Counted from the stretch's first letter, positions 17,323 through 27,563 are shown. The stretch: DNA of 49,005 bases from Candidatus Sumerlaeia bacterium (GCA_033764015.1 JANRJK010000026.1:1-49005); one strand, 5' to 3'. Numbers and translations: made by a program. The notes: generated from the letters alone by a model not told the origin.

Positions 17323-19233
17323 TCAGCCCGCGCCGAGCGCCGCGATGGCGTCGAGCGCGGCGGGGTTCTCGACGCTCGTGGCGTCGCCGGCGCCCTCGCC
17401 GATGTACGCGCGCCGGATCGAGCCGCGGACGATCTTGCCCGAGCGCGTCTTCGGCAGCGCGGCGACCGCGTGGACGCGCTTGGGCGCGAGCGGCTTGCCT
17501 TGCTGCGCGGCGACGTGGGCCGCCAGCTCCGCCTCTGGCGCCGACGCGCCGGGCTTGAGCACCACGAAGCACACCAGCGCCTGCCCCTTCAGGTCGTCCG
17601 GCACGCCGACCACGGCGGCTTCGGCGACGGCGGGGTGCGACATCAGGACGCCCTCCACCTCCGCGGGGCCGACGCGCTTGCCCGCGACCTTGATCGTGTC
17701 GTCGGCGCGTCCGCGCACGTACCACTGGCCGTCCGCGTCCACCTCCGCCCAGTCGCCGTGGTTCCACACACCGGGGAACTTCGAGAAATACGTTTCGAGG
17801 TAGCGCGCCTCGTCGCCCAGGAAGCCCTTCGTCATCGAGGGCGCGGGCTGCCGGCACACGAGGTAGCCCACCTCGCCGCGCACGGAAGCGCCGGATTCGT
17901 TGACAATGTCAACGTCCATGCCGAGCGCGGGCCCGCCCAGCGAGCACGCCTTGAGCGGCTCGACCGGGTACGGCTGCAGCAGGCAGCCGACGATCTCGGT
18001 GCCGCCGGAGATGTTGACCACGGGGCAGCGTCCGCCGCCCGCCTCCGACGCGAACCAGCGGTACGACGTCTCGTCCCACGGCTCGCCGGTGGAGCCGAGC
18101 ACGCGGAGCGCCGACAGGTCGAAGCCGCGCGGGCCGCGGGCGCCTTGCTCGCGCATCAGCAGCCGCACCGCGGTGGGCGCGATGCCGAGCGTGCCGACCC
18201 GGAGCCGTTCGCAAATCTCCCACAACCGGTCCGGCGACGGGTGGTTCGGGGTGCCGTCCAGCAGCACCACCGGCGTGCGGTGCAGCAGGCAGCCGACCAG
18301 TTCCCACGGCCCCATCATCCAGCCGATGTCGGTCACCCAGAAGAACGGCTCGCCGGGGCGCGCGTCGAACGCGTAGCGCAGCTCCTTGCCCATCTGCGCC
18401 AGGCAGCCCGCGTGCGTGTGGACGGTGCCCTTGGGGCGGCCGGTGGTGCCGCTGGTGTAGATCAGCAGGCAGGGCTCCTCCGCGTCCGTTTCCGCGGCGC
18501 GCTCCATCGGCGCGCCTTCGGCGAGGAACGCGTCCCACTCCGCGGTGTCCGTGGCGACCACGCGCGCGATGGTGGGCACGCGCGCCGCCGCCGCGCGCGC
18601 CGTGCCGCCGCAGGGCACCGCCTTGCCGCGCCGCGCGAGCGTCTCCGCGGTGAAGAGCAGCTTCGCGCCGCAGGAGTCGAGGCGGTCCACGATGGCCTGC
18701 TCGCCGAAGCCGCAAAAGATCGGCACGATGCGGGCCCCGAGCTTCATCGCGGCGAAGAACGCCACCGCGGTTTCGACGCGCATCGGGGCATAGAGCCCCA
18801 CCGCGTCGCCGCGCGCGACGCCGTTCGCGGCGAGCGCGCCCGCGCAGGCGTCCACCAGGCGCTTCAACTCCGCGAAGGTGACCGCGCGGCGCTCTTCCGG
18901 CAGGTCGTCCGGCCCCTCGGCGTAGAGCGCCACGTCGCCGCCGTGCCCGGCGAGCACGTGCCGGTCGATGCAGTTTTGGGCGATGTTGATGCGACCACCG
19001 ACGAACCACTTGGTGAAGGGGAAGCCCGCCGAGTCGTCGCGGAGCGTGTGGTAGGGCTGGAACCAGTCGAGCGCGAGGTCGTCCAGGGCGGCCTGCCAGA
19101 ACCACGCGGTGTCGGCGGAGGCGCGCGCGCGCAGCTCGTCGATCGTCGCGCAGCCGTGCGCGCGCATGAACCGCGCGACATGCGACTCGCGCGTCCAGGG
19201 GTGGTCGTCCGGGTGCCAGAGGAAATCGCTCAT
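17323..19233 (-). CDS. Acetyl-/acyl-CoA synthetase (AMP-forming)
   Basis: IYTSGTTGRPKG, TDIGWMMG, SGGTE, GRADDTIKVAGKR, LPKTRSGKIVR; ATG at 19233. Confidence 0.92.
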   Translation of the reverse strand: MSDFLWHPDDHPWTRESHVARFMRAHGCATIDELRARASADTAWFWQAALDDLALDWFQPYHTLRDDSAGFPFTKWFVGGRINIAQNCIDRHVLAGHGGDVALYAEGPDDLPEERRAVTFAELKRLVDACAGALAANGVARGDAVGLYAPMRVETAVAFFAAMKLGARIVPIFCGFGEQAIVDRLDSCGAKLLFTAETLARRGKAVPCGGTARAAAARVPTIARVVATDTAEWDAFLAEGAPMERAAETDAEEPCLLIYTSGTTGRPKGTVHTHAGCLAQMGKELRYAFDARPGEPFFWVTDIGWMMGPWELVGCLLHRTPVVLLDGTPNHPSPDRLWEICERLRVGTLGIAPTAVRLLMREQGARGPRGFDLSALRVLGSTGEPWDETSYRWFASEAGGGRCPVVNISGGTEIVGCLLQPYPVEPLKACSLGGPALGMDVDIVNESGASVRGEVGYLVCRQPAPSMTKGFLGDEARYLETYFSKFPGVWNHGDWAEVDADGQWYVRGRADDTIKVAGKRVGPAEVEGVLMSHPAVAEAAVVGVPDDLKGQALVCFVVLKPGASAPEAELAAHVAAQQGKPLAPKRVHAVAALPKTRSGKIVRGSIRRAYIGEGAGDATSVENPAALDAIAALGAG

Positions 19234-19383
19234 CGTGCGCCGCCGCGTGGGATCAAGGGCTTGATTGGCGGGATGGTGGGGACCGCCGCGCGCGCGGCGC
19301 AACGCGGATGCGCTCAGGGGGCGAGGGCGGTGAGGTTGGGCTGCGTTGAGCGAGTCTCCCCCCTGCCGCTTGGATGGTTTCCC

Positions 19384-20478
19384 TTAAGGAGCGGTTGACG
19401 TTCTCGGCGACCTGCTGAGGACTCTCGATGGGGCCGCGGCGAACTCCTCAAAGGAAAGTCTTGTATGGTTGACCCCGTCCCCAAGAAATCGATTGAAGCG
19501 GCGCTCTTCAGCATCGACTTCCCCATCCGTCTTCCTTGGATTGTGATTGCAGACCGACACGCGAAACTGCTTACTTTGCCCCCGCCGAAGTTGTGCCCTC
19601 TTAATCAGATTCTTTAGATGAAAATCCGCGTCCGGGAAGGAGTATCCACAAAAGACGATGTGATCAGCGGCCAAAATTCGATCTTCCATTACGCGATGAA
19701 CATTCAGAAGATCAGGATTCGCAAATCGCTTTCGGTATGTTGGCGGTACGATAATCGGCTGGTAATCGACGTTACAGTGTTCACAAGACCTACTACCTCT
19801 CCGGTCAAATTGCGTAAAGGCGCCCTTCTCATAAGGGGTAAGCCAAATTCTGTTGCAACCTGAACATACAAGCCAGTTCAACGAGCCGTGGGGCTTTAGG
19901 AGTTCGACGACAAAATCCTGAGAGTCGACGCGCGGGATTGGCCGCCCCCATGGGTCGCCATTATAGAAGTTTGCAAAATCCACCACATAGTCAAGACAAA
20001 CCCTCGGGGTGTTACGATACAACGAGGCCAAGGCATTGTCAATCAAAATGTCGTAGTTTGTTGAAATAAAAACCACCCCTCGAAGACTTCCCAGTTCTCT
20101 CGTAAGATTATCCACCAACTGCGTGTGACAGTTAGTAGACATGCGCGTCACCGATAGGGAAATGGCTTCGATCATGGCGCGAACGACATGGCCCCACGCC
20201 TCGGTTATTGGAGTGCCTAAACCAACAACATCTCGCCCACTTTCCAAACATTCGCCTAGAAAACCAAGCACTTCCTCAAATGTTGGATAATCTGGATCTT
20301 GTTTAGAATCCTTGGTCATAAAGCAATGGACCAAAACCTGCTGCAATTGACTCTTGAAGTCTTCATCGGGGCAATTCTCAAAGAAAGCCTTAAAGACTTC
20401 TCCTTGTAGCGGTGCGTTATCGGCCTTCGAAGCACCGGCCCCCAAGAAGATCACGATCTTTTCTGAGGCGACACTCAT
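19384..20478 (-). CDS. SIR2-like (sirtuin) domain protein with Zn-finger-like insert; lower-GC solo gene
   Basis: IFLGAGAS, ISTNYDILID, KPHGSLNW, CSGC...CEHC, FCGYSFPDAD. Confidence 0.85.
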   Translation of the reverse strand: MSVASEKIVIFLGAGASKADNAPLQGEVFKAFFENCPDEDFKSQLQQVLVHCFMTKDSKQDPDYPTFEEVLGFLGECLESGRDVVGLGTPITEAWGHVVRAMIEAISLSVTRMSTNCHTQLVDNLTRELGSLRGVVFISTNYDILIDNALASLYRNTPRVCLDYVVDFANFYNGDPWGRPIPRVDSQDFVVELLKPHGSLNWLVCSGCNRIWLTPYEKGAFTQFDRRGSRSCEHCNVDYQPIIVPPTYRKRFANPDLLNVHRVMEDRILAADHIVFCGYSFPDADFHLKNLIKRAQLRRGQSKQFRVSVCNHNPRKTDGEVDAEERRFNRFLGDGVNHTRLSFEEFAAAPSRVLSRSPRTSTAP

Positions 20479-20568
20479 TGCTTTGCTCCGAAGAGGCGTT
20501 GTGTGCACTACGATACCTAAGAAAGGCATCCCTTTTACGGGAAGGGCAATACAAAAAGCCTCCGTCAG

Positions 20569-21684
20569 TCAGTCGGCGAGCCACCCCTCCACCACGAAGC
20601 AGCCACCCACCGACTCGACCGTCGCGTCGCGGAGGTCGAGCGCTTCGGCGATTCGCTGGGGCTCCCGCGCGAGCGCGACCGGCCCTAGGTGCGCGCCGTG
20701 GCCGCCGAGGATGCGCGGCGCGAGGTACGCGCGGACGCGGTCCGCGAGGCGGGCTTCGATGAAGGCGCCGAGCACTTGGCGCCCGCCTTCCACGAAGAGC
20801 GAGGGCAGGTCCTCCGCGAGGCAGCGGGCGCAGAGCGCCGCCAGGTCGACGCCGCGCGGACCCGTCGGCAGACGCCACAGCTCCGCGCCGGCGCGGCGCA
20901 GCGCCGCTTCGCGCGCGGGGTCGGCCCCGGTGCCGCAGGCGACGATGGCGCGGCCGACCGGCTCTTGGACGAACGGCGCGTCCGGCGGGGTCCGCAACCA
21001 GGTATCGAGCACGATGCGCGCAGGGGCGCCGTGGGCTTCGAGCGGCACTCCCCGGGGCGAAAGCCGCGCGGCGTCGGCGAGCAGCGTCCCCACGCCGCAG
21101 ACGACGGCGTGGTGGGCGGCGCGCTCGCGGTGCGCGTCGGCGCGGGCGGCTTCGGAGGTGATCCACTTGGAGTCGCCGGACTCCGTGGAGACGGCGCCGT
21201 CGAGGGTGGCGGCCCACTTGAGCGTCACCGACGGGCGGCCGAGCGCGTGGCGCGCGTGAAACCACGGGTTCAGGCGGCGGCAGCGCTCGGCGAGGACGCC
21301 ATCGAGCACCTCGACTCCCGCGGCGCGGAGGCGCACGGCGCCGCCGGTGGCCTTCGGGTTCGGGTCCGCCGCGCCGACGGCCACGCGGGCGACTGCCGCG
21401 GCGAGGAGCGCCTCGCTGCACGGCCCGGTGCGGCCGGTGTGGTTGCACGGCTCGAGCGTCACGTACGCCGTGGCTCCGCGGACATCGCGCGCTTGGCGGG
21501 CCGCGTCGGCGAGCGCCTCGATCTCGGCGTGCGGCGCGCCGGCGCGGGTGTGCCAGCCTTCGCCGAGGACTTCGTCGCCGCGCACGATGACGCAGCCCAC
21601 GCAGGGGTTCGGCCAGGTGGCACCGCGGGCGCGGAGCGCGAGCGCCATGGCGCGCTCCATCCAGCGCTCGCCGGCGCCGGTCAT
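20569..21684 (-). CDS. ribD: Bifunctional riboflavin biosynthesis deaminase/reductase
   Basis: PNPCVGCVIV, PHAE, VTLEPCNHTGRTGPC, SKWITSEAAR, VEGG. Confidence 0.96.
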   Translation of the reverse strand: MTGAGERWMERAMALALRARGATWPNPCVGCVIVRGDEVLGEGWHTRAGAPHAEIEALADAARQARDVRGATAYVTLEPCNHTGRTGPCSEALLAAAVARVAVGAADPNPKATGGAVRLRAAGVEVLDGVLAERCRRLNPWFHARHALGRPSVTLKWAATLDGAVSTESGDSKWITSEAARADAHRERAAHHAVVCGVGTLLADAARLSPRGVPLEAHGAPARIVLDTWLRTPPDAPFVQEPVGRAIVACGTGADPAREAALRRAGAELWRLPTGPRGVDLAALCARCLAEDLPSLFVEGGRQVLGAFIEARLADRVRAYLAPRILGGHGAHLGPVALAREPQRIAEALDLRDATVESVGGCFVVEGWLAD

Positions 21685-22316
21685 GCGGGCTGGTTGTCGC
21701 GTTCGCGCCGCGGCCCCTGCCAGGCGTGCGGGATGCCGTGCTCGATGCCGAGCAGGTCGAACAGCTTCATGGCCATGAAATCGAGCAGGTCGTCGATGGT
21801 CTTGGGCGAGTGGTAGAAGCCGGGCATGGCGGGGACGATGTGGGCGCCGGCCTCGGAGAGCGTGGCCATGTTGCGCAGGTGGATGAGGGAGAGCGGCGTC
21901 TCGCGCGGGACCAGCACGAGCGTGCGGCGCTCCTTGAGGAACACGTCGCCGCAGCGGAGCAGGAGGTTGTCCGTGTTGCCGGTGGCGAGGCCCGCGACGG
22001 TGCGCATGGAGCAGGGCACGACGACCATGGCGCGGGCCTTGAAGGTGCCGCTGGCGGGTCGCGCGGCGATGTCGCCGATGTGGTAGCGGTGCACGCGCTC
22101 GTGCGCCTCCTCCGGCGCGCCGGGCAGCCACGCGGAGAGCGGCGAGGACGCGCCGACGCCGGCGAGGCCGCACTCCTCCTGCATCACGCGCCACGCGCTG
22201 TTCGACACCAGCAGGTGCACGTGGTGGCCGAGGCGCAGCGCGACCTCGACGAAGCGGACGCCGTAGGCGATGCCGCTGGCGCCGCTGATGCCGACGACGA
22301 GGTGTTCGGGCTTCAC
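21681..22316 (-). CDS. ubiX: Flavin prenyltransferase
   Basis: GISGASGIAYG, PASG, PCSMRT, LKERR.LVLVPRETP, PGFYHSP. AAGGAGG precedes the GTG at 22316. Confidence 0.95.
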   Translation of the reverse strand: MKPEHLVVGISGASGIAYGVRFVEVALRLGHHVHLLVSNSAWRVMQEECGLAGVGASSPLSAWLPGAPEEAHERVHRYHIGDIAARPASGTFKARAMVVVPCSMRTVAGLATGNTDNLLLRCGDVFLKERRTLVLVPRETPLSLIHLRNMATLSEAGAHIVPAMPGFYHSPKTIDDLLDFMAMKLFDLLGIEHGIPHAWQGPRRERDNQPA

Positions 22317-22336
22317 AGCGCCTCCTTGCGGCCCGG

Positions 22337-23809
22337 TCACGGGCGGCGGATCAGGGTCTCGCCCGCGGCGGGCGCGGGCGTGTCCGCCGCGGGGGCGGGC
22401 TCCGGGGACCGCGCGGGGCGGGCGTCCACGGGCGTGTGCCCCTCGGGAGCGTTCGCGATGCCAAGCGCCACCGCCGTCCGCGAAAGCGCCTCGCCGAGGT
22501 CGCCGATCTCGTAGCCGAAGTAGCGGATCGACGTGAGGTTCGCCTCGCCGGGGCGCGAGCGGAGGAACTCCACCATCGTCCCCGTCGTCGGGCGCAGCGC
22601 GCGGAAGTAGACCACCGCGAAAGTGCCCGTCGGGAGGCTGGCGCCCTCCGTCATGCCGGCGGAGTAGCGGAGCTGGCCGCGGTCGTTACGCCCTTCGTTC
22701 GACTTGAAGTAGTTGAAGGGATAGTCCGCGCGGAAGGGGCCGTCGTTCGCGTTGATCCCCCGCCGGATCCAGTTGCCGCGGTCCGCGTCCACCAGCTCGA
22801 GCGCCGTCGGATCCCAGGACAGCGTGAAGTCGACGGAGTCGATCAGCGTGCCCTCCGGGTTGTTGAGCGCCACCTCCACGGGGAAGATGTCGCCGGTGCG
22901 GGGGGATTCCTTCGGTCCGCGCAGGACGAGGCCCGCGTTGGCGTGCGCCGCGATCGTGTCGAGGTACATGGCGCGCAGCTCGTCCGCCTTGCCCTGCAGT
23001 CGGCGCTCGCGGCCCTCCGGCGGGTCCACCACCACGCCGCCGCCGAGCACGCCGTCGATCGGGTCGAACCCGACGCCGAGGATGTTGCGCTCGTCCTGCA
23101 GCACCGCGGTCAGCTCCGACCCCTCGCGCGACTCCGTCTGGAAGACGAAGTTCAGATTCGTGTAGGACGTGGGGCGGAGCGCCTTCCAGAGGACGCGGAC
23201 CGGGACGAACTCGGTGGCGGAGAGCGGCGAACGCAGCGTGGCGGTGTAGTAGACGACACCCTCGCGGCTATCGATCTCGAAGGAGGGCTCCTCCGCGAGG
23301 AGCGGACGGAGCTGCGAGTCGAACACGCGGACCGGTTCGAGGAAGCGCTTGTCGTAGGCGAGCGCCAGGCGGACGCCGGTGATGTCCGCCGCGGCGTCGT
23401 TGAGCATCACCACCTCGGAGACGAACTCCTGGCCGCTGCGCACCGCGGTGTCGAGCTGGCGGGGCGACTCGGGCTCGGGGAAATTGTAGTAGAGCATGAC
23501 GGCGCCGAGCGCGCGCGCCTCCTTGGGAGCGGCGTCCGGCGGCGCGTCCGCGGGCGTCGCCTCGGCGACGGGGACATCCCCCGGGGGCTGCACGGCGCGC
23601 TCGGCCTCGGCGCGCTTGCGGGCCTCGTCCTGGCGCTGGCGGATGATCTCGCGGATGCGGCGCTCGTGCTCGCGCATCTTCTCGTCCTTGCGCAGCACGG
23701 TGCGCGGCACGGGCGTGTCGCCGGCTTCGCGCTGGACCACCTGCGCCGCCGCGGGGGTGAGGGCCGCCGCGAGGGCGAGGGCGGTTGCTGCTAGGATGCG
23801 TGGATTCAT
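22337..23809 (-). CDS. Secreted protein with two cohesin-like beta-sandwich domains
   Basis: Signal peptide (AAA-Q); two repeats GQEF..EV...LAYDKRFLE...KALRPT and GDIF.VEV...LSWDPTALE...RALRPT. Confidence 0.65.
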   Translation of the reverse strand: MNPRILAATALALAAALTPAAAQVVQREAGDTPVPRTVLRKDEKMREHERRIREIIRQRQDEARKRAEAERAVQPPGDVPVAEATPADAPPDAAPKEARALGAVMLYYNFPEPESPRQLDTAVRSGQEFVSEVVMLNDAAADITGVRLALAYDKRFLEPVRVFDSQLRPLLAEEPSFEIDSREGVVYYTATLRSPLSATEFVPVRVLWKALRPTSYTNLNFVFQTESREGSELTAVLQDERNILGVGFDPIDGVLGGGVVVDPPEGRERRLQGKADELRAMYLDTIAAHANAGLVLRGPKESPRTGDIFPVEVALNNPEGTLIDSVDFTLSWDPTALELVDADRGNWIRRGINANDGPFRADYPFNYFKSNEGRNDRGQLRYSAGMTEGASLPTGTFAVVYFRALRPTTGTMVEFLRSRPGEANLTSIRYFGYEIGDLGEALSRTAVALGIANAPEGHTPVDARPARSPEPAPAADTPAPAAGETLIRRP

Positions 23810-23943
23810 CGCGCGTCACCGGGCGTGGGCTGCCGGCGGCGGGGCAAAAGCCGCGCCACCCGCCGAAACCATGCGCGTTGGCGTTCCGGTCCGCAACCGG
23901 GGAGCTTGCGGGCGGCGGGGGGGCGCCCCCGGCGCCGCGTCCG

Positions 23944-25014
23944 CTACTTGATGTCGAAGGTGTTGTTGATGTACGAGGCCTGCTTCACCGGCGTCAGGTT
24001 CTCCGGATCGTTGATCCAGCGCCCGTCGACCACCAGCTTGTACTCGTGCTTGCCGGGGGCCAGGCCCTTGAACTTGGCGCCCCACACGCCGGTGTCGGTC
24101 GGATGCCGGAACATCTCGACCTGCTGCCAGTCGGTGAACGTCCCCGCAACGGCGACGCGCTGGGCGGCGGCGTCGTAGAAGGTGAAGCTGATGTCGCGGC
24201 CGGTGATCTTCGGCGACGACTGGTGCTCGCCGACCATCAGCACAGAGTTGAAGTCGTTGTAGGAGTTATGACGCCGCAGCGGGTTCGCCTCGTCGAAGCT
24301 CCACGTGGTGCCATCCGCCAGTAGACGGTAGTCGTACAGGCCATCCTCGAGGTACAGCGTGGTCGTCCAGCGGCTCGAGCCCATGCGCACCATGGGGATC
24401 GCCTGCTCGCGCCAGTCGCAGAAGTCGCCCACGAGGAAGAGCTTCTGGACGCCCGACTTCTCGATCGTCACGTTCACCGGCTTGGCGCCGGCGCGCGGCG
24501 TGCGCGGGTCGAAGGCGAGCGTGTCGAAGCGCGCCGGCACGGCGCCTCCGGTCGAGCCGCCAGCTCCGGAGGAGATCGTGAGCGTGTTCGTCCGGTCCAG
24601 GTAGGCGATCAGCGCGTCGGCGCTCTTCGGACCCACCGCGCGGTCAAGTTCGTGCATGCCCGAATCGAGGAAGATGAACGTGGGGACCTTCATCAGGGCG
24701 AACTGCGCCGCGAGGTCGCGGCGGGCCTCCTCGTTGACCGCCACCCGGACGAAGCGGTCCGCGGAGGCGCGCACGTCGCCGCGCACGAAGACCTCGTCCT
24801 CGATCGTGCGGCAGGGCTTCGCCCGATCATTGTAGAAATACACCATCACGGGCTTGCCGGTGCGGACCGCCTGCGCCTTGGCGGCGTCCAGGTCGTTGTC
24901 GATCCATTCGATGGCTCCGCCGGGCTTGGCCATGGCGCCCGCTGCGAGGAGGAGCGCTGCGGCTGCCAGCGCGACGGACTGGAGGGAGGGTTGTCTGAGG
25001 GTGTACATGGCCAT
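23944..25014 (-). CDS. Secreted thioredoxin-like protein with two CBM48/AMPK-type glycogen-binding domains
   Basis: Signal peptide; GKPVMVYF..AKPC..KVPTFIFLD; LVGDFCDW...GLYDYRLLADG and VAGTFTDW...HEYKLVVDGRWINDP. Confidence 0.75.
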   Translation of the reverse strand: MAMYTLRQPSLQSVALAAAALLLAAGAMAKPGGAIEWIDNDLDAAKAQAVRTGKPVMVYFYNDRAKPCRTIEDEVFVRGDVRASADRFVRVAVNEEARRDLAAQFALMKVPTFIFLDSGMHELDRAVGPKSADALIAYLDRTNTLTISSGAGGSTGGAVPARFDTLAFDPRTPRAGAKPVNVTIEKSGVQKLFLVGDFCDWREQAIPMVRMGSSRWTTTLYLEDGLYDYRLLADGTTWSFDEANPLRRHNSYNDFNSVLMVGEHQSSPKITGRDISFTFYDAAAQRVAVAGTFTDWQQVEMFRHPTDTGVWGAKFKGLAPGKHEYKLVVDGRWINDPENLTPVKQASYINNTFDIK

Positions 25015-25190
25015 GCCTGCCTTCGGGAAACCTTGATTTTGCGCGTGCCGGGACTTTCGCCCGCCGCTGCGAATAAATGGCTTTACCGCACCCGGCGCCC
25101 CAAATCAAGGGCTTTCTTCCGGCGCAAAAGAGTAAAGCGACAAGACTTGTATGGCTTGCGGTTTACCCGCGGGTCAACCCCGATAAACGG

Positions 25191-25224
25191 ACCGGCCCGG
25201 CGCCGCAATGGGCGCCGGGCCGGT
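25191..25224 (-). terminator. Hairpin downstream of fabI, candidate intrinsic terminator
   Basis: 14-bp perfect stem ACCGGCCCGGCGCC / GGCGCCGGGCCGGT; weak U tail (CCGTTTAT) on the minus strand. Confidence 0.5.
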
Positions 25225-25248
25225 GAGCGCCTTGGTCGGACCCGGGGG

Positions 25249-26025
25249 TCAGCCCGCGCCGATGATGTTCTGCCCGTTGTCCACGAAGAGCACCTGCCCC
25301 GTGATCCCGTTCGCCAGCGGGCTGAGCAGGAACGCCGAGGCGTTGCCGATCTCCTCGAGCGTGACGTTGCGCCCCAGCGGCGCCATCTTGGCCGCCTGCT
25401 CGAACATGTCGGTGAAGCCGCCGATGCCGCGGGCGGCGAGCGTCTTCACCGGCCCCGCGCTCACGGCGTTCACGCGCACGTTCTTCCGCCCGACGTCCCA
25501 GGCGAGGTACTTCATCGACTGCTCGAGGGTGGCCTTGGCGATGCCCATCAGGTTGTAGTTCGGGAAGACCTTGGTCGCGTTGTAGCTCATGGTGATGACG
25601 GAACCGCCGCCGGCGGCCTCGAAGAGCGGCATCGCGGCGCGCGTCAGCTCGATCAGCGTGTAGGAGCTGATGTGGAGCGACAGGAGGTAGTTCTCCGCCG
25701 GCGTGCGCGTGATGCCGGGCTGCAGGTCCTCGCGGGGCGCGTAGGCGATCGAGTGCACCAAGCCGTCCAGCTTGCCCCACTTGTCCTGCAGCTTCCCGAA
25801 GACCTCCTCCACCTGCTGCTTGCTGGTGGCGTCCATCTCGTGGGTGTCGAGCGGGGGGGTCTGCTCCGCGGCGAGCGCGAGGACCCGCTCGCCGAGGCGC
25901 TCGTTCTGGTACGTGAGCGCAACCGTGGCCCCGGCGCGAAGGAGCGACTCGGTCACACCCCAGGCGATGGAGTTCTTGTTCGCCACACCGGCGACGAGGT
26001 AGTGCTTTCCTTTGAGGTCGATCAT
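25249..26025 (-). CDS. fabI: Enoyl-ACP reductase (NADH)
   Basis: GVANKNSIAWG, VHSIAYAP, YNLMGIAKATLE, SAGPVKTLAARGI. Confidence 0.96.
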   Translation of the reverse strand: MIDLKGKHYLVAGVANKNSIAWGVTESLLRAGATVALTYQNERLGERVLALAAEQTPPLDTHEMDATSKQQVEEVFGKLQDKWGKLDGLVHSIAYAPREDLQPGITRTPAENYLLSLHISSYTLIELTRAAMPLFEAAGGGSVITMSYNATKVFPNYNLMGIAKATLEQSMKYLAWDVGRKNVRVNAVSAGPVKTLAARGIGGFTDMFEQAAKMAPLGRNVTLEEIGNASAFLLSPLANGITGQVLFVDNGQNIIGAG

Positions 26026-26151
26026 CGGCGGCGAGTCCGGTCCGTCGGGAATTCGTTAGCGGGTAAGGACGCCGGAGCGGCGACACGGGGACTAGCCGAA
26101 AGTTGCCCGCCCCCCGCGGACCCGATCGCGCTTGCGCCCGCCGCCGCCGCC

Positions 26152-26176
26152 CACTTATTAACCAATTAGTTCATTA
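26152..26176 (+). promoter_or_regulatory. AT-rich imperfect palindrome, candidate ArsR operator/promoter
   Basis: ATTAAC-CAATTA-GTTCAT island in GC-rich DNA just upstream of the ArsR gene. Confidence 0.45.
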
Positions 26177-26188
26177 GGCACAGGCGAC

Positions 26189-26530
26189 ATGGCCGACGCG
26201 CTCCTCCACACCCGGCTCGCAGAGACCTTCCAGGCGCTCGCCGACGCGAACCGGCTCCGGATCCTCGACCGGCTCCGCCGCTCCGAGGCGTCCGGCGTCG
26301 AGCTCGCCGCGCTGCTCGCCATCAGCCCCGCCGCCGTCTCCAAGCACCTCGCGACGCTCCGCCGCGTCGGCATCGTCGAGGGGCGCCGCGACGGCTCCAC
26401 CGTCTGGTACCGGATCGCGGACGAGTCGGTGTTCCAGCTTTGCGACCTGCTGTGCGACCGCGCGGCCCGCCGGGCCCGCGAGGAGCACCGCGCCATCCAG
26501 TCAGCCGAATCACGGAGGAAGCGCGCATGA
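26189..26530 (+). CDS. ArsR/SmtB family transcriptional regulator
   Basis: [13 protein letters not shown]...[29 protein letters not shown]-terminal CDLLC. Confidence 0.92.
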   Translation: MADALLHTRLAETFQALADANRLRILDRLRRSEASGVELAALLAISPAAVSKHLATLRRVGIVEGRRDGSTVWYRIADESVFQLCDLLCDRAARRAREEHRAIQSAESRRKRA

Positions 26531-27563
26531 ACCGCCGCGCCCCGGCCGCCGCCGCCGCCCTCGCAGCCGCGCTCTCACTCGCAGCCTGCGAGGAGCACCC
26601 GCCCCCCGTCCCCGGGCCCGCCCGCGCCCTCGAGCCGGTCCGCGGCGCCGCCGTGGCCGCCGCCGCGCGGACCCCGCTGCCGATCGAGGAGGAGTTCGTC
26701 GGCACCGTCGCCGCGCGCTTCCGCCCCGTCGTCTCCGCCAAGGTCTCCGGCGCCGTCCAGGCGGTCCACGCGGACGTCGGCGACGCGGTCGCGAAGGGCC
26801 AGCTCCTGGTCGAGCTGGACGCGCAGGAGCTCGGCGCGCGGCTGCGCCGCGCCATTCCCGAGCGCGACCTGGCCGCGACGGAGCTCGAGCGCATGCGGGG
26901 CCTCGTGGCCCAGCAGGCCGCCGCGCAGACGCAGCTCGACGCCGCCGAGGCCCGGCACCGGAGCGCCGTCGCCGGTGTCGAGGAGCTCGAGACCATGCTC
27001 TCCTACGCGCGCATCGAGTCGCCCATCGACGGCATCGTCCGCGAGCGCCTCGTCGACGTGGGCGACCTCGCGTCGCCGGGGCGCGGGCTGCTCCGGCTCG
27101 AGGACCTCTCCACCCTGCGCTTCGAAACGGCGATCCCCGAGTCGCTTTCCGGCGGCGCCCGCGTCGGCGACACCGCGACGGTCGCCATCGCGAGCCTCGG
27201 CGAGAGCCTCGAAGCGACGCTGTCCGAACTGACGCCGAGCGCCGACCCGCTGACGCGCACGTTCATGATGAAGTACGACCTCCCCGCGACGGAGGGCCTG
27301 CGCCCGGGCCAGTTCGGGCGCCTCACGCTCCACGTCGGCGAGGCCTCGCCGCTGGTCGTCCCCCAGGGCGCGGTGCTGCGCCGGGGCCAGCTCGAGACGG
27401 TCTGGGCGGTCGAGGACGGCCGCGCCCGGATGCGGCTCGTCACGACGGGCAAGGTGCGCGGCGGTATGGTCGAGATCCTGTCCGGCCTCTCGGAGGGCGA
27501 GCGCGTGATCGCGGCGCCGCCCTCGTCGATCCGCGACGGCCAGCCCGTCGCGGAGGCGGCGTC

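Noticed and set aside
20569..22340. FMN riboswitch for ribD
   Set aside because: ribD is translationally coupled to ubiX, leaving no leader, and no RFN motif was seen.
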